DNA of 64,000 bases from a bacterium (GCA_030603395.1 JAUVXX010000005.1:885-64884), one strand, 5' to 3'. Shown: positions 25,050 through 36,576, numbered from the stretch's first letter. Numbers and translations: made by a program. The notes: generated by a model not told the origin, from the sequence alone.

Positions 25050-28000
25050 ATGAAGACAAAAAGTTTCTCCAGGTCTAAAATAACTTTTCACCTCCCGCCT
25101 CTTTTGATTTATCAAAGGGAGAGCTACCAGCGCTTTTGGCAGGAGGGACTGAAAGAGGTGTTTGAGGAAACTTTTCCTATCCAGGACTATACTCAAAAGC
25201 AGTTTGAGCTTGATTTTATTAATTACAAATTGGGCGAAACCAGATACAAAACTGGAGAGGAAGCCAGAGAAAATGATGATTCTTTTGAAGCGCCCTTAAG
25301 AGTTAAAGTTCGGCTTAAGAATTTAAGAACCGGCGAGATTAAACAGCAGGAAGTTTTTCTTGGTAATTTTCCCTTAATGACAGATAAGGGAACTTTTGTT
25401 ATTAATGGGGTGGAAAGGGTGGTCATTTCACAGCTTATTCGCTCTCCGGGAGCCTTCTTTACTTCAAGAACATTGCGGGGAAGAAGATTTTTTGGAGCAA
25501 AGATTATTCCTTCCAGGGGCGCCTGGCTTGAGTTTGAAACCGATAGCTCCGGCTTTATTGGGGTTAAAATAAATCGTCAAAGAAAGGTAGCAGCCACCTG
25601 CTTGCTCAAGGCCTTCACCGGCTGGTCACCTCAGGAGATAAAGAAGAGATTTCAGGACATAGAGGCAGGAAAAATTAACTATCTTCAAAAAACTTTAGAT
25701 AGAGACGCTACCGCTTCGCAAGCCGACGCCCTGCTTGAAATCTACCGGAAACTCAGGCCGGGTGATTTGACCACCCCCGACGCTGCCAAGGAGCTGATTT
25801 GGAACATGTTTTTTAATTTCCAAAGATATGACTTAAGCAAGGTAGGAAGATGGAAAATGTTGGAGAGATTGCCGGAACTAAAATCCCTGCTTGGTGACAA
25901 ACAGGCAAAATCCAAAGAAAAAGAAATCTCAGAGAAGGACAGGGTTTTGAAGGCAGAAGATATTTTATACGTTTTGAGGGAGATAATTAGATTAAACAAC
26001 GAGCCGGGAGCTCAACCAGATGAGATTGACCATTTGGGGAATCGCAGAGTCAGAAGTTTGTCTGAACTTTGCCAAGCCAGGGTCAGAGTGGGCTTGATGA
26101 GATTGAAAAGAATCATTCAGGACAGAATGTCAACACTTGACCCGGCCACCTTAGCTCCTTCCCAGCTGATTAACCCAAGGCCAGTTATGGCTGTGGTTCA
26201 GGAATTTTTTGCCTCCTCACAGTTCTCTCAGTTTATGGATTCAGAAAATCCCTTGTCCTCGGTGGAACACAAAAGAAGATTGACCGCCACCGGTCCTGGC
26301 GGGTTAACCAGAGAGAGAGCTGGCTTTGAGGTGAGGGACGTCCAACCTTCCCACTACGGCAGGATTTGTCCCATCCAGACGCCGGAAGGGCAAAATGTCG
26401 GGTTGGTTAACCACCTGGCCTGCTTTGCCAGAGTTAATCCCTTTGGTTTTTTGGAAGCCCCATATTTTAGAGTAAAAAACGGCAGGGTGACCTCGGAGCT
26501 CTGTTATCTTTCAGCCACCGAAGAAGAAAGACATAATATTACTCACGCTGGTTTGAGGATTGGGGAAGGAGGGAGAATTTTAGATGAGGAAGTTGAAGCC
26601 AGAAAGGGTGGGGAGCCGGTTCTGGTTGCGAGGCGAGACATTGGATTTATTGATGTCTCTTCCAAACAACCCATCAGCATAGCTACCGCTCTCATTCCCT
26701 TTTTGCAAAATGATGATGCCAACCGGGCTTTAATGGGCTCCAATATGCAGCGTCAGTCCGTTCCTCTGGTCAAGCCAGAGCCTCCTTTGGTGGGGACGGG
26801 GGTTGAGAGAAACGTCGGTTATGATTCGGGAGAAGAACTGATTGCTAAAGAGGACGGTCAGGTTTTAGAAGTTGATGCCAATCACGTTAAACTCAGGGCT
26901 AAAAACGGAAAATCTGTTAATTACAAGCTCCAGGGTTTTTCCCGGAGCAATCAATACACCGTTTACTATCAAAAACCCAGAGTCAACAAGGGGCAAAAAG
27001 TAAAGAAGGGAGATATTTTGGCTGATGGATCGGGTGTTGTTGATGGAAGATTGAGTTTGGGTACCAATGTGCTGGTGGCTTTCATGCCCTGGCGGGGGAG
27101 GAACTTTGAAGATGCCATTGTCATTTCTGACAGATTGGTCAGAGATGACGTTTTTACCTCCTTACATATTGAAGATTTTATCTGCAACGTCCGAGAAACC
27201 AAATTAGGGCCGGAGCTTACCACCTGCGACATTCCCAATGTTTCGGAAGAGAGGTTGAAAGATTTGGATGAAGAAGGGATTATCAGGGTTGGGGCTTCTG
27301 TTGGGCCAAATGATATCTTAGTTGGTAAAATTTCTCCCAAGGGAGAGAAGACCTTAACCGCTGAAGAAAGATTATTGCGAGCTATCTTTGGTGAAAAAGC
27401 CAAGGAGGTGAAAGATAGTTCTCTGACCATTGAGCACGGCAAAAAGGGCAGGGTGATAAAAGTACGAATTTTCTCCCGGGAAGCTGGAGATAAATTGGAA
27501 CCAGGCATCATTAAGAGGATTCGGGTGGAGGTAGCTCAAATCAGAAAAACCAGAGATGGGGATAAGTTAGCAGGAAGGCACGGCAACAAGGGAGTTGTCT
27601 CTAAAATTTTACCCCAGGAAGAGATGCCTTTTTTGGAAGATGGCACCACGATTGATATGGTTTTAAATCCTATAGGAGTTTCTTCCAGAATGAATATTGG
27701 TCAGATATTAGAGACCCACCTTGGCTGGGCTGCCAAGAAATTGGGATATTTGGCTATCTCTCCAGCCCTGCTTGGGGCAACCGAAAAAGACATTAAAGAG
27801 GAACTAAGAAAAGCTGGACTTCCCGAAGATGGCCAGATTACTTTATATGACGGCCGAACCGGAGAACCTTTTTCAAGAAAGATAACTGTCGGTTACATTT
27901 ACATGATGAAATTGGTTCATATGGTTGAGGATAAGATTCATATGAGAAGCATTGGCCCTTATTCTTTAATTACCCAGCAGCCCCTGGGAGGCAAGGCTCA

Positions 28001-28265
28001 GTTTGGGGGGCAAAGGTTTGGTGAGATGGAGGTTTGGGCTTTGGAGGGATATGGAGCAGCTCATATCTTGCAGGAAATGTTAACCATTAAATCTGACGAT
28101 GTGCAAGGAAGAGCCGCTGCCTACGAAGCCATTTTGAGGGGGGAACCCATCAGGAAGCCGAACATCCCTGCTTCCTTTGATTTATTGGTGAGTGAACTTA
28201 AGTCATTGGGGCTAAGCGTTGAGGTAAAGGGCTTGGTCCAGCAAGACGAAACAAAGAAATCATGA
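25050..28265 (+). CDS. rpoB: DNA-directed RNA polymerase beta subunit
   Basis: 1071-aa ORF; [36 protein letters not shown] motifs. Confidence 0.97.
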   Translation: MKTKSFSRSKITFHLPPLLIYQRESYQRFWQEGLKEVFEETFPIQDYTQKQFELDFINYKLGETRYKTGEEARENDDSFEAPLRVKVRLKNLRTGEIKQQEVFLGNFPLMTDKGTFVINGVERVVISQLIRSPGAFFTSRTLRGRRFFGAKIIPSRGAWLEFETDSSGFIGVKINRQRKVAATCLLKAFTGWSPQEIKKRFQDIEAGKINYLQKTLDRDATASQADALLEIYRKLRPGDLTTPDAAKELIWNMFFNFQRYDLSKVGRWKMLERLPELKSLLGDKQAKSKEKEISEKDRVLKAEDILYVLREIIRLNNEPGAQPDEIDHLGNRRVRSLSELCQARVRVGLMRLKRIIQDRMSTLDPATLAPSQLINPRPVMAVVQEFFASSQFSQFMDSENPLSSVEHKRRLTATGPGGLTRERAGFEVRDVQPSHYGRICPIQTPEGQNVGLVNHLACFARVNPFGFLEAPYFRVKNGRVTSELCYLSATEEERHNITHAGLRIGEGGRILDEEVEARKGGEPVLVARRDIGFIDVSSKQPISIATALIPFLQNDDANRALMGSNMQRQSVPLVKPEPPLVGTGVERNVGYDSGEELIAKEDGQVLEVDANHVKLRAKNGKSVNYKLQGFSRSNQYTVYYQKPRVNKGQKVKKGDILADGSGVVDGRLSLGTNVLVAFMPWRGRNFEDAIVISDRLVRDDVFTSLHIEDFICNVRETKLGPELTTCDIPNVSEERLKDLDEEGIIRVGASVGPNDILVGKISPKGEKTLTAEERLLRAIFGEKAKEVKDSSLTIEHGKKGRVIKVRIFSREAGDKLEPGIIKRIRVEVAQIRKTRDGDKLAGRHGNKGVVSKILPQEEMPFLEDGTTIDMVLNPIGVSSRMNIGQILETHLGWAAKKLGYLAISPALLGATEKDIKEELRKAGLPEDGQITLYDGRTGEPFSRKITVGYIYMMKLVHMVEDKIHMRSIGPYSLITQQPLGGKAQFGGQRFGEMEVWALEGYGAAHILQEMLTIKSDDVQGRAAAYEAILRGEPIRKPNIPASFDLLVSELKSLGLSVEVKGLVQQDETKKS

Positions 28266-31200
28266 AAGTAGCAGATATACAATCAATTAGAATTAAATTG
28301 GCCTCGCCCGAGGAGATTTTGACCTGGTCTAAGGGAGAAGTGCTCAGGCCCGAAACCATCAATTACCGCACCCAAAGGCCAGAAAAGGACGGCTTGTTCT
28401 GCGAAAAAATCTTTGGACCAACCAAAGATTATGAATGTTATTGCAGTAAATACAAGGGGATCAGGTATAAGGGGGTGGTTTGTGATAGATGTGGAGTTGA
28501 GGTAACCAAAAGCCATGTTCGCAGGGAAAGAATGGGTCACATTACTCTGGCTGCTCCCGTTTCACACATTTGGTTTTTGAGGGGAGTTCCCTCAAAGATG
28601 GGACTTCTTTTGAATACCCCCCAGCAGAAATTAGAGAGAGTGATTTACTTTGCGAGCTACATCGTGGAGAAGGTGGATAGGGAAGCACAAAAAAGATTAT
28701 TAAAAGAAATTGAAGAGGAAGGTAAAGAAAAACTCAGCGCTCTCAGCAGAGAGAAAGCAGGTACTTTAGAGAAGAAGAAAAAAAGAGAGGAATTGAAGCA
28801 AAAGTTAGCCCAAACTCAAGAAGAGGTCTCCCATTTGAAACCTCTGCAAATTTTGTCGGAAGACGAGTTCCGAGAATTTTCTTTGAGATACGGGGAGATT
28901 TTTGAGGCAGGCACCGGGGCTGAAGCCCTACGTAAAATATTTGAAAAAATTAATCTCAAAAAAGAGATTGATAAATTAGAAAAAGAGCTCAAAGGTTCCT
29001 CGGCTGCTTCAGCCAAAAAAGATTTACGTAGATTAAAATTGTTCCAGGGCTTAAGTAAAGCTAAGATTAGACCAGAATGGATGTTTCTGACCCGTCTGCC
29101 GGTGTTGGCTCCCGATCTCCGACCAATGGTTCAATTGGACGGAGGAAGATATGCCTCCTCTGACCTAAACGACCTTTATCGGAGAGTCATCAACCGAAAT
29201 AATCGGCTCAAATATTTGCTTGAGATAGCGGCTCCCGAAGTTATTATCCGTAATGAAAAGAGAATGTTACAGGAGGCCGTGGACAGTTTGTTGGATAACG
29301 GCATGAGAAAAGGCCAGATGACCATCGCCACCACCGGAGGAAAGCGTCTCTTAAAATCTTTGGCTGATATTTTAGGGGGCAAAGAGGGGAGATTCCGAAG
29401 AAATCTTCTGGGTAAGAGAGTGGATTACTCAGGCAGGTCCGTTATTACGCCAGGACCCGAACTCCAACTTTCTCAGTGCGGCATTCCCAAGATTATGGCT
29501 CTTGAACTTGTTCGTCCCTTTGTCATCAAGAAACTTTTAGACCAGGAACTTGCCTTCAATATTCGAGGAGCTTCCAGGGTAATTGACGAAGGGGGACCGG
29601 AGGTCTTCGCCATTTTGGAAGAGATAATCAAAGATAAATTAGTTTTGGTTAACCGAGCTCCCACCTTGCATAGATTGGGCATCCAGGCTTTTAAGCCAGT
29701 TTTGATTGAGGGAGAAGCCCTGAGGATTCACCCTTTGGTCTGTGAGGCGTTCAATGCTGATTTTGACGGAGACCAGATGGCTATTCATCTTCCACTTTCT
29801 GCAGAAGCCCAAAAAGAAGCTCAAGACCTGATGCTGTCAACCAAGAACCTCCTTAAACCGGGAACCGGCAGGCCCGTTGTTACCCCCACCCAAGATATTA
29901 TTTTAGGTTGTTATTATTTAACCGGAGAGCTTCCCGGAGCTCAGGGTGAAGGAAAAGCCTTCGGTAGTTCTGAAGAAGTTATCTTGGCTTACCAGTTGGG
30001 TAAGTTAGACCTTCGAGCCAAAATTAAGGTTCATTTAGAAGGAAAAGAACTCCGGGAAACAACCTGCGGCAGAATTATTTTTAACCAAAGTTTACCTAAA
30101 GGATTCCCTTCAATAAACGAACAGATTAATTCAAAAAAACTCTCCAGGATACTGGCTCGCATCATTGTTAAGTTTTCCCCAGAGGAGGTGCAGAGGGTTT
30201 TAGACAGTATTAAGGAGGTTGGTTTTGAATACGCCACTTTATCTGGAATGAGCTGGGGAATGGATGACTTAATTGTTCCTCCCCAGAAACAAGAGTTACT
30301 CAGAGAAGCTGAGAAAGAGGTTGATTTGATAGACAACCATTACAAGAAAGGACTTTTATCTCGAAAAGAAAAAGCAGCCAAGGTAATTGAAATCTGGCAT
30401 GGAGTAAAAGAAAAGGTGGAAAAATTGGTGTCTGAAATCTTGCCCAAGGACGGACCTGTTTTTTCCATAGTTGACTCTGGAGCCAGAGGCTCCTGGGCGC
30501 AGCCGGTTCAGATGGCTGGTATGAAGGGTCTGGTGACTTCCCCAACCGGGAGAATTATTGAACTGCCCATTAAAAATTCGTTCAAAGAGGGGTTTGATGT
30601 TTTGGAATACTTTATTTCAACTCATGGAGCAAGAAAAGGAACAGCCGACACTGCTTTGAGAACTTCAAAATCCGGTTATCTAACCAGAAGATTGGTTGAG
30701 GTGGCGCACGAGGTGATTGTAACTTCAGAAGATTGCGGAGATAGGGAGGGGAAGGAGGTTTTCCGAGAGGATGCCATTGAAATTGACCAAAACTTTATTT
30801 TTAAGATTACCGGAAGGATAGTCCTGGGGAATGTCAGGGCTGGAAAAGGAGAGAAAATTATAGTCAAGAAGGGAGAAATGATAGATTGGGAGAAAGCCAG
30901 AGAGATTGATAAAGCTGAAATTGAAAAAGTAAGAGTTCGCTCTCCCTTAAGTTGCCGGTCTTCAAGGGGGATTTGTCAGAAGTGTTATGGCTGGGGGATG
31001 GGGAAAAATGAGCTCGTTTCAATCGGAGAGGCGGTTGGCGTTATTGCTGCTCAGTCCATTGGGGAGCCGGGAACTCAGTTAACCATGAGAACCTTTCATC
31101 TGGGAGGGGTTGCGGGAGGAGGAGATATCACCCGGGGGTTGCCGAGGGTTGAGGAGGTTTTTGAATTGCGGGAGCCCAAAGGAGAAGCTTCCATGTCTGA

Positions 31201-31822
31201 CATGGAGGGTCAAGTTGGTAAAGTTGACTCCGAGAAAAGAGAGGTTTTCCTGAAGGGCAAAGAAAAGGGAAGGGAAGTTGTTAAATATAGCATTCCTCTT
31301 GACTCGGAATTTTACGTTAAAAAGGGTGACAAGGTAAGAGTAGGGCAGCCCCTTTGTTCAGGAAATTTAAATTTGAGGAAACTTTTTAAACTTTCAGGGG
31401 TTGCCGAAACCCAACGCTACATCATCAAGGAAATTCAGAGAATTTATGCCGGGGAGGGAATAGATATTCACGATAAACACGTTGAGATTATAGTCAGACA
31501 GATGTTTTCTCGGGCAAGAATTACTGATGGTGGGGGGAGCCCTTGGGTTCGGGGACAGACGGTTACATCGGCTGAGGTAAAAGAGATGAATGCTCTTCTC
31601 AAAAAAGAAGGGAAGACTCCAGCCAAGTCCCAACCAATTTTACTTGGTATTTCCCGGGTGGCTTTGACCTCAGATAGTTTTTTGTCGGCTGCCTCTTTCC
31701 AGGAGACGTCACGGGTTTTAATTGAGGCCGCTCTTGAAGGCAGGGAAGATAAATTGCGAGGACTCAAAGAAAATGTTATAATAGGTAGGTTGATACCCGC
31801 AGGAACAGGATTTAGAAAATAG
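28262..31822 (+). CDS. rpoC: DNA-directed RNA polymerase beta-prime subunit
   Basis: 1186-aa ORF; Zn ribbon CxC...CxxC, NADFDGDQM catalytic motif. Confidence 0.97.
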   Translation: MKVADIQSIRIKLASPEEILTWSKGEVLRPETINYRTQRPEKDGLFCEKIFGPTKDYECYCSKYKGIRYKGVVCDRCGVEVTKSHVRRERMGHITLAAPVSHIWFLRGVPSKMGLLLNTPQQKLERVIYFASYIVEKVDREAQKRLLKEIEEEGKEKLSALSREKAGTLEKKKKREELKQKLAQTQEEVSHLKPLQILSEDEFREFSLRYGEIFEAGTGAEALRKIFEKINLKKEIDKLEKELKGSSAASAKKDLRRLKLFQGLSKAKIRPEWMFLTRLPVLAPDLRPMVQLDGGRYASSDLNDLYRRVINRNNRLKYLLEIAAPEVIIRNEKRMLQEAVDSLLDNGMRKGQMTIATTGGKRLLKSLADILGGKEGRFRRNLLGKRVDYSGRSVITPGPELQLSQCGIPKIMALELVRPFVIKKLLDQELAFNIRGASRVIDEGGPEVFAILEEIIKDKLVLVNRAPTLHRLGIQAFKPVLIEGEALRIHPLVCEAFNADFDGDQMAIHLPLSAEAQKEAQDLMLSTKNLLKPGTGRPVVTPTQDIILGCYYLTGELPGAQGEGKAFGSSEEVILAYQLGKLDLRAKIKVHLEGKELRETTCGRIIFNQSLPKGFPSINEQINSKKLSRILARIIVKFSPEEVQRVLDSIKEVGFEYATLSGMSWGMDDLIVPPQKQELLREAEKEVDLIDNHYKKGLLSRKEKAAKVIEIWHGVKEKVEKLVSEILPKDGPVFSIVDSGARGSWAQPVQMAGMKGLVTSPTGRIIELPIKNSFKEGFDVLEYFISTHGARKGTADTALRTSKSGYLTRRLVEVAHEVIVTSEDCGDREGKEVFREDAIEIDQNFIFKITGRIVLGNVRAGKGEKIIVKKGEMIDWEKAREIDKAEIEKVRVRSPLSCRSSRGICQKCYGWGMGKNELVSIGEAVGVIAAQSIGEPGTQLTMRTFHLGGVAGGGDITRGLPRVEEVFELREPKGEASMSDMEGQVGKVDSEKREVFLKGKEKGREVVKYSIPLDSEFYVKKGDKVRVGQPLCSGNLNLRKLFKLSGVAETQRYIIKEIQRIYAGEGIDIHDKHVEIIVRQMFSRARITDGGGSPWVRGQTVTSAEVKEMNALLKKEGKTPAKSQPILLGISRVALTSDSFLSAASFQETSRVLIEAALEGREDKLRGLKENVIIGRLIPAGTGFRK

Positions 31823-31827
31823 TTAAT

Positions 31828-31902
31828 CGCTCGCTAATCCAAACATTTTTTCAGCGCCCCCACCCTCCCACGCGCCATGCTGAAAAAATGTTGGCGAGAG
31901 CG
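31828..31902 (+). other. long hairpin with C-rich 23-nt loop between rpoC and ftsK
   Basis: 14-bp stem aacattttttcagc (31842-31855) / gctgaaaaaatgtt (31879-31892); loop gcccccaccctcccacgcgccat; partial outer pairing. Confidence 0.5.
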
Positions 31903-31916
31903 CGCTTAAAAGCCTA

Positions 31917-34112
31917 ATGCCTAAACTCAAGAAAAGAAAAAAGAACAAGAGGCCTCAAAATAGAGCAATCAAGTCAAAAGAGAAATTCAAGTATCCTGTT
32001 TTGACTTTGAGATTGAAGAGGTGGATAGGGGCGATTATGATGTTTGTTCTGGGCTCGGTCGTAGCCTTTTCTTTTTTTGAGAAAGCAGGAAAAGCGGGAC
32101 AGGTAATTTTTAGAGGATTAAATTTTCTCATCGGTAAAACAATATTTTTTATTCCTCTTCTGTTAATTCTGGGGGGATGGATAATTTTGAGGCCCCAGAA
32201 GAAGAGAATTTTCTCACCGATTTTTTACGGGATTTTAGTTTTAACTGTTGGCATTTCTGGAATTTTAGGAACTCAAAATTTAGCCGAAAACGCAGGCGGC
32301 TGGCTTGGTTATTTGTTATCCTGGCCCTTTTTAAATTATTTTGGTTTCTGGATAAGTATTATTGTTTTTTCAGCCTTAGTTTTGATTGGCGGGCTGATTT
32401 TTTGGGAATTTATGCCCAAGAAGAAAATTTCACCTGAGAAGGTTGTTGAAGAAAAAAAGAAGGAAGAAGAAAAAGAAAAAGCCGCGAGCGACAAACCCTT
32501 GATGGGCAAGCCAAAATTTGAAATTAAACCAATTGAAATTCCTCAAAAGAAAAAAGAGCTTGTTCCAGAGGAACAAAAAGAGGCGCTCGGACAAGTAAGA
32601 ATTCCGCCCCCCGAATTTCCCAGGGAGGCGAGAAACTATAAATTTCCTCCGATTGACCTCCTGGATTTAAGAGAAGAGACGCCATCAAGCGGTGATATTG
32701 AAACGAGCTCTCTGATTATTAAGAAAACATTGCAGAATTTTGGCATTGAGGTTGAAATGTCTGAAGTAAACGTTGGCCCGACCGTTACTCAATATACCTT
32801 GAAGCCGTCTGAAGGAGTGAAGCTTTCCAAAATTATTGGTTTGAGCAATGACCTGGCCTTGGCTTTAGCCAGCCACCCCATCAGAATTGAAGCTCCCATT
32901 CCCGGCAGGGCTTTGGTGGGGATTGAAGTTCCCAATAAAATCAGGGCAAAAGTGAAAGCAGGCAGTTTAATTGCCTCTTCGCAGTTTCAAAAATCTTCTT
33001 TCCCTCTTACTTTTTGTTTGGGAAAAGACGTCAAGGGCAGCTTCTTTTATCAGGACTTAGACAAGATGCCCCATCTTTTGATAGCCGGCTCCACCGGTTC
33101 GGGAAAGACAATTTGCCTGAACTCGCTAATTTTAAGTTTAATTTACCGCAATTCTCCCAAAATTTTAAGATTAATTTTAATTGACCCCAAAAGAGTAGAA
33201 TTCCCGGTTTATAATGCTTTGCCCCACCTTTTAACCCCGGTTATTCTCAATGCTCAAAAAGCGATTAATGCCATTAATTGGTTAATCGGGGAAATGGAAA
33301 GGAGGTTTGAAGTGTTACAGGAGAGTCGGACGCGAGATATTTCAAGTTACAACAAACTCCTGAAAGAAAAACCGGAGATGACAAAACAAGGATTTGTTGT
33401 TATGCCCTATATTGTTTTGATTATTGATGAATTGGCTGACCTGATGGCTTCCCGGGGCAGGGAGGTGGAGGCCGGCATTGTCAGATTGAGCCAGCTTGCC
33501 AGAGCCGTGGGGATTCATTTGGTAGTAGCCACCCAACGGCCGTCGGTTGAGATAATTACCGGTTTAATTAAAGCCAACATTTCCTCCCGTGTCGCTTTCC
33601 AGGTTGCTTCTCAAATTGATTCAAGAACCATCTTAGATATGGCAGGGGCGGAGAAGCTTTTAGGTTGGGGAGACATGCTTTTCATCTCTGCCGAACTTTC
33701 CCGGCCAAAAAGAATCCAGGGGAGTTTTGTTAGCTCTTCGGAGATTAAAAAGGTAGTCAATTTTATCAAAAAAGAGAACGTGGAGGAAGAAAAACAGGAG
33801 ATGGAGGAGAGTTTAGAGAGAGAGTTAACCGGGGAGGAGAGAGGAAAATTACCGGGCGTATCTTTTGAAGAGGACCCTCTCTACGAGGAAGCCAAAAGCG
33901 TGGTTGTGGAGTACCGTAAAGCTTCGGCTTCTCTCTTGCAAAGGAGATTAAAAATTGGCTACGCCAGGGCAGCCCGGCTTCTGGATATACTGGAAGAGAG
34001 AGGAGTGGTGGGACCGGGGGAGGGAGCTAAACCACGGAAGGTGTACTTGAAAGAGAATCCTCAAGACCCAAATTCCGGTGACCAAAAAGATTCTGATTGG
34101 GAAAAACTGTAA
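31917..34112 (+). CDS. ftsK: DNA translocase FtsK/SpoIIIE
   Basis: 731-aa ORF; N-terminal TM domain, Lys/Glu-rich linker, Walker A GSTGSGKT, C-terminal winged-helix gamma domain. Confidence 0.9.
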   Translation: MPKLKKRKKNKRPQNRAIKSKEKFKYPVLTLRLKRWIGAIMMFVLGSVVAFSFFEKAGKAGQVIFRGLNFLIGKTIFFIPLLLILGGWIILRPQKKRIFSPIFYGILVLTVGISGILGTQNLAENAGGWLGYLLSWPFLNYFGFWISIIVFSALVLIGGLIFWEFMPKKKISPEKVVEEKKKEEEKEKAASDKPLMGKPKFEIKPIEIPQKKKELVPEEQKEALGQVRIPPPEFPREARNYKFPPIDLLDLREETPSSGDIETSSLIIKKTLQNFGIEVEMSEVNVGPTVTQYTLKPSEGVKLSKIIGLSNDLALALASHPIRIEAPIPGRALVGIEVPNKIRAKVKAGSLIASSQFQKSSFPLTFCLGKDVKGSFFYQDLDKMPHLLIAGSTGSGKTICLNSLILSLIYRNSPKILRLILIDPKRVEFPVYNALPHLLTPVILNAQKAINAINWLIGEMERRFEVLQESRTRDISSYNKLLKEKPEMTKQGFVVMPYIVLIIDELADLMASRGREVEAGIVRLSQLARAVGIHLVVATQRPSVEIITGLIKANISSRVAFQVASQIDSRTILDMAGAEKLLGWGDMLFISAELSRPKRIQGSFVSSSEIKKVVNFIKKENVEEEKQEMEESLERELTGEERGKLPGVSFEEDPLYEEAKSVVVEYRKASASLLQRRLKIGYARAARLLDILEERGVVGPGEGAKPRKVYLKENPQDPNSGDQKDSDWEKL

Positions 34113-34118
34113 AAAAAA

Positions 34119-34127
34119 TGTTATAAT
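34119..34127 (+). promoter_or_regulatory. extended -10 element of recA, leaderless geometry
   Basis: TGtTATAAT, 6 nt, ATG 34134; no SD. Confidence 0.5.
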
Positions 34128-34133
34128 AATTTT

Positions 34134-35132
34134 ATGACAAAGAAGAAAGACGAAAAGAAGAAAGGATTAGATGAGGCCATAGAAGAGATTAGGCAGAGGT
34201 TTGGCGAAGGAGCCATTATGAAATTGGCCGGGGTAAGGCCGGTTGATGTTGATGTCATTCCAACCGGAACTATTTCTCTGGACTTGGCTCTGGGAGTTGG
34301 AGGAGTGCCGAGAGGCAGAGTAATTGAGATTTTTGGCCCTGAAAGTTCGGGAAAAACTAGTTTGGCGCTCCATATTTTAGCTGAAGCCCAAAGAAAAGGA
34401 GGGGTGGGAGCTTTTGTTGATGCTGAACACGCTCTGGACCCTGACTATGCCAAAAAAATCGGAGTTAACACTGATGACCTTTTGATTTCTCAGCCCGACT
34501 CTGGGGAACAAGCCCTGCAGATTGTGGAAACTCTGATTCGCTCCAAAGCCATTGACATTATTGTCATTGACTCGGTGGCTGCCTTAACTCCCAAAGCAGA
34601 GATTGAAGGTGAGATTGGAGACCAGCACATAGGTCGTCAGGCCCGTCTTATGTCGCAAGCGTTGAGAATGTTGTCTGGAGTTGTTGCTAAAACTAAAACC
34701 TCGGTCATTTTCCTGAACCAAACCAGAATGAAAATCGGAATTCTCTGGGGTAATCCTGAAACGACGCCGGGCGGCATGGCTTTGAAATTTTATTCTTCGG
34801 TTCGCATAAAATTGAACAGAATTGCTCAGATTAAACAAAGAGATGAAATTGTTGGTTCAAGAATTAAAGCCAAGATTGTTAAAAACAAAGTGGCTGCTCC
34901 CTTCAAGACGGCTGAATTTGATATTTATTGGAATGAAGGAATTTCCAAGTCAGCTGACCTCATCAATACTGGTCTGAATTATGGTGTTATCAAAAAAGCC
35001 GGCAGTTGGTACCAGTATGGAGCAAAAAAAATCGGCCAGGGTGTATCTGGCGTTAGAGAATTTCTAAAAGAGAACCCAAAAGCTGAGGAAGAAATAAAGA
35101 AAGCAATAATGGAGAAAATTCAGGAGAAGTAA
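34134..35132 (+). CDS. recA: recombinase RecA
   Basis: 332-aa ORF; GPESSGKT Walker A, L1/L2 loop regions, canonical RecA pattern throughout. Confidence 0.97.
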   Translation: MTKKKDEKKKGLDEAIEEIRQRFGEGAIMKLAGVRPVDVDVIPTGTISLDLALGVGGVPRGRVIEIFGPESSGKTSLALHILAEAQRKGGVGAFVDAEHALDPDYAKKIGVNTDDLLISQPDSGEQALQIVETLIRSKAIDIIVIDSVAALTPKAEIEGEIGDQHIGRQARLMSQALRMLSGVVAKTKTSVIFLNQTRMKIGILWGNPETTPGGMALKFYSSVRIKLNRIAQIKQRDEIVGSRIKAKIVKNKVAAPFKTAEFDIYWNEGISKSADLINTGLNYGVIKKAGSWYQYGAKKIGQGVSGVREFLKENPKAEEEIKKAIMEKIQEK

Positions 35133-35133
35133 T

Positions 35134-35331
35134 TTACTCTTTGGTGTAGGGTAAGAGAGCCATAAATCTGGCTCTTTTAGTTGCTTGGGCTAACCTTCTT
35201 TGATGATAGGCGCAAAGCCCAGTTTTTTTTCTGGGCCTGATTTTTCCCAGAGCCGACATGAATTTTTCCAGAGCCCTGGTATCTCGGAAATTAATCTCTT
35301 TGACGTTTCTTTGACAAAAATAACAATGCAT
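35134..35331 (-). CDS. rpsR: 30S ribosomal protein S18
   Basis: MHCYFCQ...GKIRPRKKTGLCAYHQRRLAQATKRARFMALLPY; ATG 35331 preferred over ORF-track 35367. Confidence 0.88.
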   Translation of the reverse strand: MHCYFCQRNVKEINFRDTRALEKFMSALGKIRPRKKTGLCAYHQRRLAQATKRARFMALLPYTKE

Positions 35332-35364
35332 AGTGGTACTAGAGAGCAAGCTCGCGGCACGCGC

Positions 35365-35454
35365 CACTCGCTTTGAGCGAGTGCGCTAACACCGCTCTTT
35401 AAAAACCCTCGGTTTTTAATATTTTCCTACACGGGAGAACCGTAGGGTTCTCCC
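35365..35454 (-). other. GC-rich structured spacer between ssb and rpsR (three hairpins)
   Basis: 8-bp stem 35365-35383; aaaaacc-ctc-ggttttt 35401-35417; 9-bp stem gggagaacc/ggttctccc 35433-35454. Confidence 0.5.
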
Positions 35455-35479
35455 GACCCCTCTCCGATATGGGTTTACT

Positions 35480-36408
<929 letters not shown>

Positions 36409-36415
36409 ATGTTTG

Positions 36416-36443
36416 ATTTTATCAGTCTCTTTTCAAAAGTCAA
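36416..36443 (-). promoter_or_regulatory. putative promoter of rpsF-ssb-rpsR, leaderless geometry
   Basis: minus strand TTGACT (36443-36438), 16 nt, TAAAAT (36421-36416), 7 nt, ATG 36408. Confidence 0.55.
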
Positions 36444-36576
36444 ATGATTTTGCTATAATTACAAGCGAAGAAGAAATTAAAGAATTTATTCTTGAATTTC
36501 GACTGAGCGAAGTAATTTCAAGGTTCTGCCTGTAGGCAGGTTCTTATAATTAAACTACCTTGAGATTTATAAATAT

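Noticed and set aside
26969-27511. Long antisense ORFs inside conserved genes. Examples: 180 aa opposite rpoB, 162 aa at 50593-51081 and others opposite groEL, 147 aa at 24036-24479 opposite the SEDS gene, 134 aa at 16409-16813 opposite pilT/pilC, and 111 aa at 14028-14363 opposite pilB.
   Set aside because: They lie fully within strongly supported genes on the other strand and have low-complexity Ser/Pro/Leu-rich composition. No motifs are present. These are typical shadow ORFs.
25050-35132. Inteins or group I/II introns in rpoB, rpoC, ftsK or recA.
   Set aside because: The proteins are at or below typical lengths with contiguous conserved motifs. No Cys/Ser...His-Asn splice-junction blocks or intron-encoded ORFs are present.
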